Below, piece by piece: positions 46,605 through 55,616 of a DNA stretch of 56,002 bases. The notes beneath the pieces were generated by a model. The model did not search any database and was not told the origin of the DNA. It saw only the letters and a list, made by a program, of their open reading frames with translations. The DNA comes from a virus. Taxonomy: Duplodnaviria; Caudoviricetes. The translations under genes were made by a program, and so were the position numbers. The stretch spans positions 1 through 56,002 of IMG/VR virus record IMGVR_UViG_3300021197_000758; one strand, given 5' to 3'. Each line of letters opens with the position of its first letter. Within the stretch, counting starts at the first letter, position 1.

Positions 46605-47729
46605 CTACTTTTTATATTTACTTTTTCTTAACATTGCTTTACTGAATCCGTCACCAACCATATTTATGCCAAGCCTTTTTTTAGACGCCTCAATTGATTC
46701 ATTCCTTTTTTCCTGCATAGATTTTGCTTTCTCTTCTTTGTTCTTAGCTAAATCTGTTTCTCTTTCAATTCTTTGAGAAGCTCTTTGGTCGTATCTATTT
46801 TTTTCAGCATCAGATCTGTAACTGTCAAAGTCAGAGCCTGCTTTATTGATTATGTCTCTCTGATCAGAAGAAATTCTCTTCGTTCCACCTTCCGTAAATA
46901 CATTTCTCATGTCTCGCTGCATTCCCTCCATTGCCTTGCTTGCTGCTCTAGATTCTGGAGCATACTTTTTCCACGGAGCGTCTGGATACATATTCTGCTT
47001 AAAATTTTTAGGACCAATTTGACTTCCAATTGGTTTAATTCCAGTTTCCATTTCAAGGTCAGTTGGAGGTTTAGGCATCTTTGAAGTATTCAACCCTAAC
47101 TGTTCTCCGATAGACTTGATTTTTATTTTAGACTCTGACTCATTAGATTCCTTTCTAGCTAAAGGTAGAAACGCAGGTTTAGTTTTAGGAGGAGTTGATG
47201 GAACAGAAGGAGAAGTGATAGACCTTTCTTCTGTAGGCGACGCAAAGCTTTTAGGTGCTTCTTTAGGTGTCATTGGCTCAACTAGAGACGGCTTTTCTTC
47301 CATTAGAGACTTCTTGGCTGCCTTTCTAGCTGAAATAGCCGACCCAAGATGTTTTGCAATATTTTGAGCAGTAGCCGCCATCATAGATGAAAAACTTGAA
47401 TCTACAGGAACTGCAGCGGTAAATGGTTCAATATTCTCTTTGTAAGCACTTTTATATGCTTGTCTATCTTCCTTACTTTCTGCTCTCTTTTCCTTTCTAT
47501 TGGCCCTCTTTAATGAATTATCAGTAACCTCTGGCAACTCTATTGATGAAGTAAATGAGTTGTTAGGTTTTTGCTTTTTAATTTGACTAGCTAAAGATGT
47601 AGACGCATTTATGTATCCACCACCACTAGAGAAGTCTGATTCTATATTTTTACGCTCTTGTTTATAACTAGCAACAGACCCTATTCCTGATGTTTGCTTA
47701 AGTGGTGATCGTTTTTGATTGTATGCCAT
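46605..47729 (-). CDS. hypothetical basic, disordered protein (374 aa)
   Basis: K/S/P-rich long ORF starting MAYNQKRSPLKQ. Confidence 0.75.
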   Translation of the reverse strand: MAYNQKRSPLKQTSGIGSVASYKQERKNIESDFSSGGGYINASTSLASQIKKQKPNNSFTSSIELPEVTDNSLKRANRKEKRAESKEDRQAYKSAYKENIEPFTAAVPVDSSFSSMMAATAQNIAKHLGSAISARKAAKKSLMEEKPSLVEPMTPKEAPKSFASPTEERSITSPSVPSTPPKTKPAFLPLARKESNESESKIKIKSIGEQLGLNTSKMPKPPTDLEMETGIKPIGSQIGPKNFKQNMYPDAPWKKYAPESRAASKAMEGMQRDMRNVFTEGGTKRISSDQRDIINKAGSDFDSYRSDAEKNRYDQRASQRIERETDLAKNKEEKAKSMQEKRNESIEASKKRLGINMVGDGFSKAMLRKSKYKK

Positions 47730-47730
47730 A

Positions 47731-48177
47731 CTATATTGATTTGTCGTTGTTTGTGTTATTTATTGATTTTATGAGTACCTTGTCGGTGTAAGTATTACCC
47801 TTCATAATGCTGTTTCTTTTCTTACTTGTTGGAATATCTTCCTCTCCAAGCATTATCTTGTAGATCCTGTTAATAAGCTGCTTTCCTTTAAAGGAGACCT
47901 TATACACATTGCTCTTTGTCGAAACTCTATTCCTTTTTGCAAATAAGGTTATCCATCCATTGTCCTTTAGCTTAGACCACCTCTTAGCATCCCAACTGTA
48001 AGCGTATGTTCCGTTAACAAAGTCAAGCCTATTAAAAAAACCTAAGCAGTCTAAGTAAATTATTAGCTCAAGTTCAGCACTTGTTATGTCATTGTTCCTT
48101 GCCGCCCACTGTCTTATTGTTCTGTAGTGTTTAAGGAGCTGCATTTCACGAAGGTCAGAGTACTCAATCCTTTTCAT
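47731..48177 (-). CDS. hypothetical protein, possible winged-helix (148 aa)
   Basis: TSAELELIIYL..LKDNGWI..YKVSFKGKQL resembles a MarR-like winged helix; coupled to groES. Confidence 0.55.
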   Translation of the reverse strand: MKRIEYSDLREMQLLKHYRTIRQWAARNNDITSAELELIIYLDCLGFFNRLDFVNGTYAYSWDAKRWSKLKDNGWITLFAKRNRVSTKSNVYKVSFKGKQLINRIYKIMLGEEDIPTSKKRNSIMKGNTYTDKVLIKSINNTNNDKSI

Positions 48178-48437
48178 TACAACACAACTACTACGTCAAA
48201 CTCTTTTATGACTTTGTATACAACCTTATCAATTTCCATATCAAACCCAGCGTGCCTGTCGTAGTATATAGTATCTCCATCCTTTACACCCTCTACGAGC
48301 GTCCCTATGGTCTTAACTACAGCTCTCCTATATCTTATGTCCTCTCTTTGCTTTTCGCCCAAGAGAAGACCTCCTTTAGTGGAGGTTGAGTTCTCTTTGA
48401 TAGGCTCTATTAACATATACTTTCCTACTGCTTTCAT
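48177..48437 (-). CDS. groES: co-chaperonin GroES (Cpn10)
   Basis: MKAVGKYMLIEP, mobile loop TKGGLLL, VKDGDTIYY, DVVVVL; coupled to groEL. Confidence 0.85.
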   Translation of the reverse strand: MKAVGKYMLIEPIKENSTSTKGGLLLGEKQREDIRYRRAVVKTIGTLVEGVKDGDTIYYDRHAGFDMEIDKVVYKVIKEFDVVVVL

Positions 48438-49972
48438 GCTCTTAAGTTATTAATTACACAATCAGTTGATAGTATTGTATTTGCAACAGATGCAGCATTC
48501 TTTAGTGCGCTCTTGGTAACAAGAAGTGGGTCAACTATTCCAGACTTAACCATGTCAACGACCTCACCTGTAATTACATTGTAACCATAACCTACTTTAA
48601 CAACGTGTTCTGGATCTATTATTCCAGCATTATTCATTATTGTGTTAAATGGAGACTGAATTGCCTTAAGAAGAATCTCCTCTCCCTTAGACTCTGGCTT
48701 TATGTGATAGCTAGCATTTAATAGTGCGATACCTCCTCCAGGAACAACACCTTCTTTTATTGCTGCCTTTGTTGCACATATCGCATCCTCTACTCTGTCT
48801 GCCTTCTCTCTTAACTCAACTTCAGAGTTTGCGCCAACATTTACAACTCCAACCTTTCCAGCAAGTCTAGATAGTCTCCTTTCTAGTTGATGTTTTTTAG
48901 CGTTGTTTGTTTCTGACTCAATTTCTTTTTTAATTAACTCTATAGCTTCCTTAACTTCACTGCTCATCGTTTCAACCTGAATGATTGTTTCGTGACCTGT
49001 CGTCTCGGATCTCTTGCAGGTTCCTAGGTGATGTATATCAATTAGGTCCATGTCATCTCCTAAGTCTTCGTTAATAACAGTTGCTCCAGTTAGCATAGCT
49101 AAGTCCTGAATTGTCTGCTTTCTATTTATACCGAAGTCTGGAGAGTCTATTATGTTTGCCTTAATGTTCTTATTCCTTACGTTCATTGCGAGTGCTGCAG
49201 TAACTTGCTCGTCTGCGTCTCCAATGATTAATAGCTCTTTTTTGCTCTTTATAACATACTCCAGTACTGACTGGATTTTTCTTATGTTAGGTATTCCACT
49301 TTCAACTATAAGTACTAGTGGGTTATTTAGTTCGCAAGACCCCTTTCCTTCGTTGTTAACAAAGTGAAGGTTCTTTAAACCCTTGTCAATTGAGGTCCCA
49401 CTTACGACCTTAGCGTATGTAGACTCTTCGTTTGATATCTCCATACTTACAACACCGTTCTCCCCAACGTCTTCAAACGCCTTAGATATTATTCCTCCAA
49501 GCCCTGTGTCGTTGTTTGCTGATATCGATGCAATGTTATGTAACATATCTCCACTAACATCTATAGATATATTCTCAAGATACTCAACAACTTTATCTAC
49601 AGCGGAGTCTATTCCATCTCTAATTTCTCTAGATCCGTAGTTATCACTATCGAATGCATTGCTAAGTATTGAGTGCGCTAGAACTGTAGCCGTTGTTGTT
49701 CCATCTCCAGCTTCCTTAACAGTTTGCCTAGCCGCTTCCTTTAGTAGCGTAGCACCCATATTTTCAATAGGATCTAACAGCGTAACTGAGTTAGCAACTG
49801 TTACTCCATCCTTTGTTATCACAGGCTTACCTGAGCCGTCTTCAAGTATTACACACTTACCACTAGCTCCGAGTGTTGAGCTAACGGCTTTTGTTAGTTT
49901 TGTTACTCCTTCGAATATCTTAGACTGTCCGACAGCACCAAAACTTAAATTCTTAACTATTTCGTTAGACAT
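48434..49972 (-). CDS. groEL: chaperonin GroEL (Cpn60), phage-encoded
   Basis: ITKDGVTVA, AGDGTTTATVLA, GVVPGGG, GIVDP; lacks the GGM tail. Confidence 0.95.
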   Translation of the reverse strand: MSNEIVKNLSFGAVGQSKIFEGVTKLTKAVSSTLGASGKCVILEDGSGKPVITKDGVTVANSVTLLDPIENMGATLLKEAARQTVKEAGDGTTTATVLAHSILSNAFDSDNYGSREIRDGIDSAVDKVVEYLENISIDVSGDMLHNIASISANNDTGLGGIISKAFEDVGENGVVSMEISNEESTYAKVVSGTSIDKGLKNLHFVNNEGKGSCELNNPLVLIVESGIPNIRKIQSVLEYVIKSKKELLIIGDADEQVTAALAMNVRNKNIKANIIDSPDFGINRKQTIQDLAMLTGATVINEDLGDDMDLIDIHHLGTCKRSETTGHETIIQVETMSSEVKEAIELIKKEIESETNNAKKHQLERRLSRLAGKVGVVNVGANSEVELREKADRVEDAICATKAAIKEGVVPGGGIALLNASYHIKPESKGEEILLKAIQSPFNTIMNNAGIIDPEHVVKVGYGYNVITGEVVDMVKSGIVDPLLVTKSALKNAASVANTILSTDCVINNLRA

Positions 49973-50006
49973 TATTGATTAAATTAAATTAAATTGTTTA
50001 TACTAC

Positions 50007-50022
50007 TACTATTATTACTTAT
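50007..50022 (-). promoter_or_regulatory. putative late-promoter motif ATAAGTAATAATAGTA upstream of groEL
   Basis: Identical to 43542-43557, followed by a similar AATTTAATT.AATTTAATCAA leader. Confidence 0.5.
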
Positions 50023-50287
50023 CTTCTGACTTTTTTACTCTACTCTTCGCAACGTGCAGCATTCTTTCTTCTAGTTTAGATACCCTTATTGTTAACTCAA
50101 GTATAGTTTGATTAGCTTCTTTTAGCTCATCCTCTAGTTCTTCTATTCTTTTTTGCTTGTAGCTGCTATAACTTGAGGAAACAGAGTGATTGATGTCCAT
50201 CTTCTTTTTTATGATGCTCCAAATCTCTTTCACTCCGAAGGCCCCTGCTAGTCCAGAAACTAATAAGACTAAACTATCATTATCCAT
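50015..50287 (-). CDS. membrane-anchored coiled-coil protein (90 aa)
   Basis: N-terminal hydrophobic helix plus heptad-repeat coiled coil. Confidence 0.7.
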   Translation of the reverse strand: MDNDSLVLLVSGLAGAFGVKEIWSIIKKKMDINHSVSSSYSSYKQKRIEELEDELKEANQTILELTIRVSKLEERMLHVAKSRVKKSEDK

Positions 50288-50389
50288 CTGTCTATTTTTG
50301 AGTATTAGTTTTTCTATTTCATAACACTAGATTAAATTGATTAATAGTAATTTGTTTAAATTATACTACTGATTCGTCGTATACAATCA

Positions 50390-51274
50390 TTAATATATGT
50401 TGTAATGTGAATTAATGTTAGATTCTATCTGTGTTCTATTAGTAGATTGGTCGGACTTATAATTAACAATCTCACTTATATTAGCAATCACTCTATTTCC
50501 GCCTAAACCGTTTGAACCAATATACATTGGCCCTACACTCGTGTCTATTACACCATTAGCACCTAATACCCTAACTATTGCATTTCCATCCAAATACATA
50601 TTATTACCAGCAAATAAGTTAGCAGATGAAGCATATATATTTGTTAACAATGATTGGTTATTCTGAGGAAGCGGAGTAGAAGTAATCCAAGTGTAAGTAT
50701 TAGCCCTTACTGCGATTTCAGGTGTTAATATCCATAATTTCCCTGCCCCAGTACTTAAATTACTTAAACTAATTATCCCTTTAGTAGATACACCTTCAAG
50801 TAGGTTTATCGTTATGAATATAGACCTGCTACTTGTTCCATAATTCGTATTGTTTGCAGATATAAGTTCAGAATTACTATTAAAATAAAGTGTTGGCTTG
50901 CCATTATCGGTAACTAAGTTACCACTTATAACAATATATGGCTGCTTCCAAGCTGTTGACTGATTAGCGTGATTGTTATTTCCACTTTGGTCGTACCAAG
51001 ATACGACTTGCCCATCTCCTGCACCGCAAAATGCTTCCAATGTTCCATCTATTATCTCAGTTTCAGTAAAACTTTGTTCAGCATTATCAGAATTTCTTCT
51101 TATCAAAACTAAAGGATAAGAAACTCCTCCATTACTTTGTAATTGCCTTAATGAATAAGCCTCTTGTGAGTTTGGATACAGATCTAGTAGCCCGTCTGAA
51201 GGCACAACTGCACCGCCACTTCCTCCCCTAATATTATTATAGGGGGATATTACTGATGCTGATATAAACGGCAT
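50390..51274 (-). CDS. tail-associated concanavalin A-like / arabinofuranosidase-B-catalytic-like domain protein (294 aa)
   Basis: AYSLRQL..IRRNSD..WYDQSGNNNHA.Q..QP, ISEIVNY..IESNINSHY. Confidence 0.7.
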   Translation of the reverse strand: MPFISASVISPYNNIRGGSGGAVVPSDGLLDLYPNSQEAYSLRQLQSNGGVSYPLVLIRRNSDNAEQSFTETEIIDGTLEAFCGAGDGQVVSWYDQSGNNNHANQSTAWKQPYIVISGNLVTDNGKPTLYFNSNSELISANNTNYGTSSRSIFITINLLEGVSTKGIISLSNLSTGAGKLWILTPEIAVRANTYTWITSTPLPQNNQSLLTNIYASSANLFAGNNMYLDGNAIVRVLGANGVIDTSVGPMYIGSNGLGGNRVIANISEIVNYKSDQSTNRTQIESNINSHYNIY

Positions 51275-51579
51275 TACTTATAAACTATTATTGCCCCATC
51301 TGTGGCTATTGTAATACTTTGGAATAGTTCCCCTGCTGGAGCTTGTATTAATGCCCCTTGCTTTAACGCTACTCCAGTTAAATTCATTGCTGTTAAATAG
51401 TCATCTGTCGTTACCCCTGTACTTGCGTCCCCACCTGACAATGTTGATATTGTAGTGTCGTCAGCCTGCACAATAAACGCATACGCTTTTTTTAATGTAT
51501 GTGTACCTGCTGCTAAATACTCAGAGCCGAATGTTCCTATTAATCTACTTGGGTTTACACCCTTACTTTTACTTGCCAT
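51274..51579 (-). CDS. small beta-rich virion protein (101 aa), paralogue of the N-terminus of 51794-52909
   Basis: FGSEYL..GGDAS..LTGVALKQGALI.AP..FQSITI aligns with the 371-aa protein. Confidence 0.75.
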   Translation of the reverse strand: MASKSKGVNPSRLIGTFGSEYLAAGTHTLKKAYAFIVQADDTTISTLSGGDASTGVTTDDYLTAMNLTGVALKQGALIQAPAGELFQSITIATDGAIIVYK

Positions 51580-51590
51580 TTTTCTTATTT

Positions 51591-51794
51591 TTAAATAATT
51601 TCTTCGTCTACTGTAGGTAGTACTGTAACAGTTGTTAGTGTTGTTGGGTATCTATCGTGAACTGCCATATAATGGTATCCATCAATTTCCGTCGGCTCTG
51701 CCCATCTAACTGTTCCACCTGTGTAGTTTTCACCTGCTGTTACTTCAGCGTCATACGCAAGGCATTCAGCCTCTGTTCCTTTTATGTATTCCAT
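51591..51794 (-). CDS. hypothetical protein (67 aa)
   Basis: TAATG-coupled to the upstream gene. Confidence 0.65.
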   Translation of the reverse strand: MEYIKGTEAECLAYDAEVTAGENYTGGTVRWAEPTEIDGYHYMAVHDRYPTTLTTVTVLPTVDEEII

Positions 51795-52909
51795 TAGTAT
51801 ATGTTATAGTGTGAGTTAAGAAATGCCTGTATATCTGTCACGTTTGTTGATTGGTCAGTCGTATAGTAGGCTTCGAATTGTATATTACCATTTAATGAAA
51901 ATCTTGCGTCAGAAGAGGCAACTCTATTTCCAACATTTTTAGCATATATGTCATCCATAGTTACAAAAGAGCTTAATGGGTCGCCATTAATTCCTAATCT
52001 AAGATCACTTGAAGTGACAGTTACTATATTTAAAGTTTGACTTGAATTTTCTAAATTGCCAAGTGTTCTTATTTCTGTTCCATCAAATGAAGACAATCCA
52101 TCTATCCCTGTGTTGCTGCCTTGCGCAATCAACCCAGAGCTAAATACACCTTCATCACCGAAGATGTAATTCACTATAGTCTTTGTAAATACATTATTAA
52201 CAATGAATGCCGATTTAACTAAAATTGAATTATTTAAATTCATTACGTGTGCAGGTTCATAAAGCTTAGATTCCTTTCCATTAAGCGTCATCATTCCTGT
52301 AGAGCCATCATATATCTTTGGCTGCTTGCTGCCTTGAGCTTGGGTTTTATTGTTTTCATTATAAGACTGGTCGTAATCAGTCACCAAAAACCCATTATTA
52401 CTTCCGCAAAATGTAGCTATTGCAGCTACATCAAGGTAATTATCTACGAAGCCAATATCTAAATCAGCAGAAGGTACACTATCTCTTCTAATTTTAATAC
52501 AATTCCCTTCATAATCACTTCTTAATTTAAAATAAGAAAACGCAGCGGCTGCATCAGGGTATAAGTCTAAAAATCCAACAAAAGAACCAGGCTTTTCGCC
52601 ATTAATAACACAGTTGTAAGCCATTATAGCCCCACTGTCAATAGTAATACTCTTAAACGCCTCACGAACAGGTGCAACTATCAATGCCCCTTTCTTCAAT
52701 GTAACACCACTAAGACTCATTGACGCTTTGTAGTCTATGTTGTTTTCAGCTATAGAAGCATCCCCTCCTGTAAGTACAGATATAACAGCATCCTCTTGAA
52801 CAACAAACTGGTTAGAGTTTACGTCTGTGTATGTACCTGAAGGTAAGTACTTGGACCCAAATGGGTTTAGTAGTAACTCCTCGTCTTGTTGAAATATTGG
52901 GTTTACCAT
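51794..52909 (-). CDS. tail-associated two-domain protein (371 aa) with ConA/arabinofuranosidase-B-like C-terminal domain
   Basis: LDLYPDAAAAFS..KIRRDS..DIGF..YDQS..DQSTN..NSHYNIY; paralogous to both 51274-51579 and 50390-51274. Confidence 0.7.
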   Translation of the reverse strand: MVNPIFQQDEELLLNPFGSKYLPSGTYTDVNSNQFVVQEDAVISVLTGGDASIAENNIDYKASMSLSGVTLKKGALIVAPVREAFKSITIDSGAIMAYNCVINGEKPGSFVGFLDLYPDAAAAFSYFKLRSDYEGNCIKIRRDSVPSADLDIGFVDNYLDVAAIATFCGSNNGFLVTDYDQSYNENNKTQAQGSKQPKIYDGSTGMMTLNGKESKLYEPAHVMNLNNSILVKSAFIVNNVFTKTIVNYIFGDEGVFSSGLIAQGSNTGIDGLSSFDGTEIRTLGNLENSSQTLNIVTVTSSDLRLGINGDPLSSFVTMDDIYAKNVGNRVASSDARFSLNGNIQFEAYYTTDQSTNVTDIQAFLNSHYNIY

Positions 52910-52915
52910 ACTATA

Positions 52916-53173
52916 CTAGTTTATTATTCTTGGTTTTGTCCACTCTTCTTTGTTCATTTCAGTAGCCATCTCTGCATATGTAAATATGGAGTAAGGTCCC
53001 TGAAGTAGGCTAATAAATGCTGGGGTTTCTTTTGTATTCCAGCTTACTACCACCTTAGTTGTATTGAAGTTAAGCCTTGAAGACTTCTTCGATGTGTTTA
53101 GTACCTGACTGTAGTCTATTAGATCTACGTCTGAGTAGCTTATTGTTGCGTATTTATTGTTGCTATAAACCAT
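52916..53173 (-). CDS. hypothetical protein (85 aa), tail-fibre-associated
   Basis: IDYSQVL.TS..S.R..EEW pattern; follows the LamG gene. Confidence 0.65.
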   Translation of the reverse strand: MVYSNNKYATISYSDVDLIDYSQVLNTSKKSSRLNFNTTKVVVSWNTKETPAFISLLQGPYSIFTYAEMATEMNKEEWTKPRIIN

Positions 53174-53975
53174 AGTTAGCTTTTGTTGCGTTAAATATCG
53201 ATAGGATCTCTGGCTGAGTAAGCACTTTACTGTACTCTATAACCTGAGATATCTTACCCTCAAAGTATGCGTCACCAGAACCAAAGTAACTTGCAGCACC
53301 AACCTTGTAGTAGTTTGAGAGGTTCGTTACGTTAGATGCACTGTAAGAAGATATATCTCCAGAAGTTGCAAGATTCTGCTCGACTCCGTTTACATATAGC
53401 TTAATGCTTCCAGCTCTGTCGAACACAGCAGTAGCTAGTAGCCACTGGCCAGAATCTAGTGATGAAGATGCGTACGTCTGTATGTAAGACTCTCCATTAG
53501 CTTTAAAGAAACCTTGAATAGCTCCAGTATCAGATACCATTAATCCGTACGAACCATCTGTGCTACCTGAAAACCCAGGCTCCATTCTTCCTGCTACTGT
53601 TGCCCCGCCAAATCCTCCGCCAAATCCTCTGTTTATCCAGGCGTTTATAGTTACACTATCCGTACCCATTTCAGGACCTGGACCGTATGCCTCCATGTAG
53701 TTAGTAAAGCCATCAAATTCCCAGGTTTTATATGGACCTGCAGTAAAGATCGTTCCATTAAGTAACTCAAAGTCGTACCCATTTGGAGACAGGTCAGTAA
53801 CATTTGTACCAGATCCAGGGTATGAGGAAGAGTTTGTTGCGTCTATGTAAAACTGAAGCCTGTCAGTTGGAACTCCACCGCCCCCACCAAACACCTCGTC
53901 AATACCTAAGTAAGCCTTAGCCACTTCGGTGCTTCCTAAATATATTTTTGATATGTCTAAGTTTCCTAGCTTCAT
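53163..53975 (-). CDS. LamG/concanavalin A-like lectin-domain tail protein (270 aa)
   Basis: DATNSSSYPGSG..DLS.NG, FDG, TINAWI, W..TAVFD..KLYVNG, FEGKISQV..YSKVLT..EI. Confidence 0.8.
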   Translation of the reverse strand: MKLGNLDISKIYLGSTEVAKAYLGIDEVFGGGGGVPTDRLQFYIDATNSSSYPGSGTNVTDLSPNGYDFELLNGTIFTAGPYKTWEFDGFTNYMEAYGPGPEMGTDSVTINAWINRGFGGGFGGATVAGRMEPGFSGSTDGSYGLMVSDTGAIQGFFKANGESYIQTYASSSLDSGQWLLATAVFDRAGSIKLYVNGVEQNLATSGDISSYSASNVTNLSNYYKVGAASYFGSGDAYFEGKISQVIEYSKVLTQPEILSIFNATKANYGL

Positions 53976-53977
53976 AT

Positions 53978-55186
53978 TTATACAATAAAGTAAATAGTAT
54001 CTGGGTCTGGGCCTGGGGCTGGAAGAAGATCGTAATCATTCTGAGTCAGAACTTCAAACTGAAGTAGGCTGTACCCATACGAGTTGTTAGAAATCTTCTG
54101 TAAAGAAGTAGATCCTAAAGCTGCCCCACTAGCTACGTTTGCAGCTGTAGACCCACCAACAGATGTAACTGTCAATGCCCCTGTATTAGATAGAGTAGCA
54201 TCGCCACTAATAGCTCTAGGCTGCGACTGGTTGGTTGAATTCCCAACGAATACTTTGCCTGAGTTTAGGTTTGGTGTGGCGTTTGTTCTTCCTGCACCAC
54301 CAACCTTAATTATACCGTTGGTACCTTGTCTCCTAACCACCTTGCCTATGTTTTGTATAAACACATTCTCCCCTTGTGGAGTGTTCTTAACAAATCCACC
54401 AGGAGTTGTGGCGCTAACGTATAACGTGTCCCCAAACGTAAGTGAGACTCCGTCTGAGTCTATAGTAGTGTCTAGCGGACTTGGGCCGCTTCCGTGTATG
54501 TTACCTGCTGTAATTATTTGCACTTCGTTCCCAGAAGTGGCACTTGAAAGAACAAAACCAAATGCAGGCATCGTTAAATCGCTACTTGCGTCTGCCTTTG
54601 CTACTCTAACAGTATCACCAGAGTTGCCTGACAAGTAAACTACGTCTCCCTTTGATAGGGTTTCATCAGCTACTGCTGTAAATCTCATTGCTCCATCGAG
54701 GTCTCCCCTAAACTCGTAAGGAGACTCCTGCCACCCAGCTAGTGTTACGTTACCAGATATGGTTACGTTACCAGATATGGTTCCACCTGTAGAGCTAAAC
54801 TTGTTGTTAAACGTCGCCCAGTCATCCTTAGATAGGTATCCATCAGTAGAAACTGAAGACTGAGCTATCCCAACAACACCACTCGTGGTTATTACACCAC
54901 CTGTAAGTGGAGCAGTAGCTGTTATTGCAGAACCACCACCACCACCTGTGGCAGATATCTCAATGTTGTTACCTACAGTAGTTAGTGTGACATTGTCACC
55001 AGCAGTGATCGTAACATCACCAGTTAGTGTATTGAATGATGCTACTCCTGATCCAACGGATGCCAACTCAAGTACACTAGATATTGTAACCTGTTTTGTC
55101 GCGTTAGAATCCTCGCTGTCGATGATTAGGAATTCATCGTTTATAGATGGACTACCCTTTACTGGGTATGTGTAGTTTATAGCCAT
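53978..55186 (-). CDS. tail fibre-like protein (402 aa)
   Basis: G/T/S-rich fibre motifs (VASFNTLTGDVT, ATAPLTGG, DGYLS..DW.TFN.K), KGDVVY..KADA module, C-terminal LTQ.DYD..DTIYFI. Confidence 0.75.
   Translation of the reverse strand: MAINYTYPVKGSPSINDEFLIIDSEDSNATKQVTISSVLELASVGSGVASFNTLTGDVTITAGDNVTLTTVGNNIEISATGGGGGSAITATAPLTGGVITTSGVVGIAQSSVSTDGYLSKDDWATFNNKFSSTGGTISGNVTISGNVTLAGWQESPYEFRGDLDGAMRFTAVADETLSKGDVVYLSGNSGDTVRVAKADASSDLTMPAFGFVLSSATSGNEVQIITAGNIHGSGPSPLDTTIDSDGVSLTFGDTLYVSATTPGGFVKNTPQGENVFIQNIGKVVRRQGTNGIIKVGGAGRTNATPNLNSGKVFVGNSTNQSQPRAISGDATLSNTGALTVTSVGGSTAANVASGAALGSTSLQKISNNSYGYSLLQFEVLTQNDYDLLPAPGPDPDTIYFIV
54744..54782. repeat. perfect 18-bp tandem duplication GTTACGTTACCAGATATG x2 (TISGNV)
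   Basis: Seen directly at 54744-54761 and 54762-54779, plus GTT. Confidence 0.9.
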
Positions 55187-55193
55187 TTTTTAG

Positions 55194-55454
55194 TTATTTT
55201 TTAGTTGTTTTCTTGCCCTCTTTCTTAGTTCCCTGACCATCGTTACCACGGTTAGCCTTAACCGACTTGAATTTACTGTCTTTGTGGTCGTAGTCCTTAC
55301 CTAGTAGGTAAAGTTTACCGTTCTTCTTCTCAGCCTCCCTGCGCTTTCTCTTGCTCTCTGCGTTCTTTGCTCTACGCTCAGGTGTACTGGAGATTTTAAC
55401 GTCTCGCTTGGCCTTTGCTTTAGCTCCCTCCTTGCTTAGTTTCTGTTTTCTCAC
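55194..55454 (-). CDS. small basic HNH-like protein (86 aa)
   Basis: RR..GKDYDH..SVKANRG resembles a minimal HNH motif; GTG start; first gene of the minus arm. Confidence 0.5.
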   Translation of the reverse strand: MRKQKLSKEGAKAKAKRDVKISSTPERRAKNAESKRKRREAEKKNGKLYLLGKDYDHKDSKFKSVKANRGNDGQGTKKEGKKTTKK

Positions 55455-55616
55455 TTCGTGTCGATGTTTTATTATTGGTGGGGGTTCCCCATACTGTATA
55501 TATTTACACGAAAGTCCTAATTTTTACATTGTCCTATGTAGTACATCGACTACTTATATTGTGGTAGATCTATGACGATGCTCACTATTATGTCAGAACG
55601 ATCACTTACCTAGTTT

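Noticed and set aside
51270-51280. Programmed frameshift joining the 101-aa and 294-aa ORFs
   Set aside because: The junction is an ordinary TAATG stop-start overlap like many others here, with no evident slippery heptamer
50390-52909. Diversity-generating retroelement template/variable repeat pair
   Set aside because: No reverse transcriptase in the window; the paralogues differ at all base types, not only adenines
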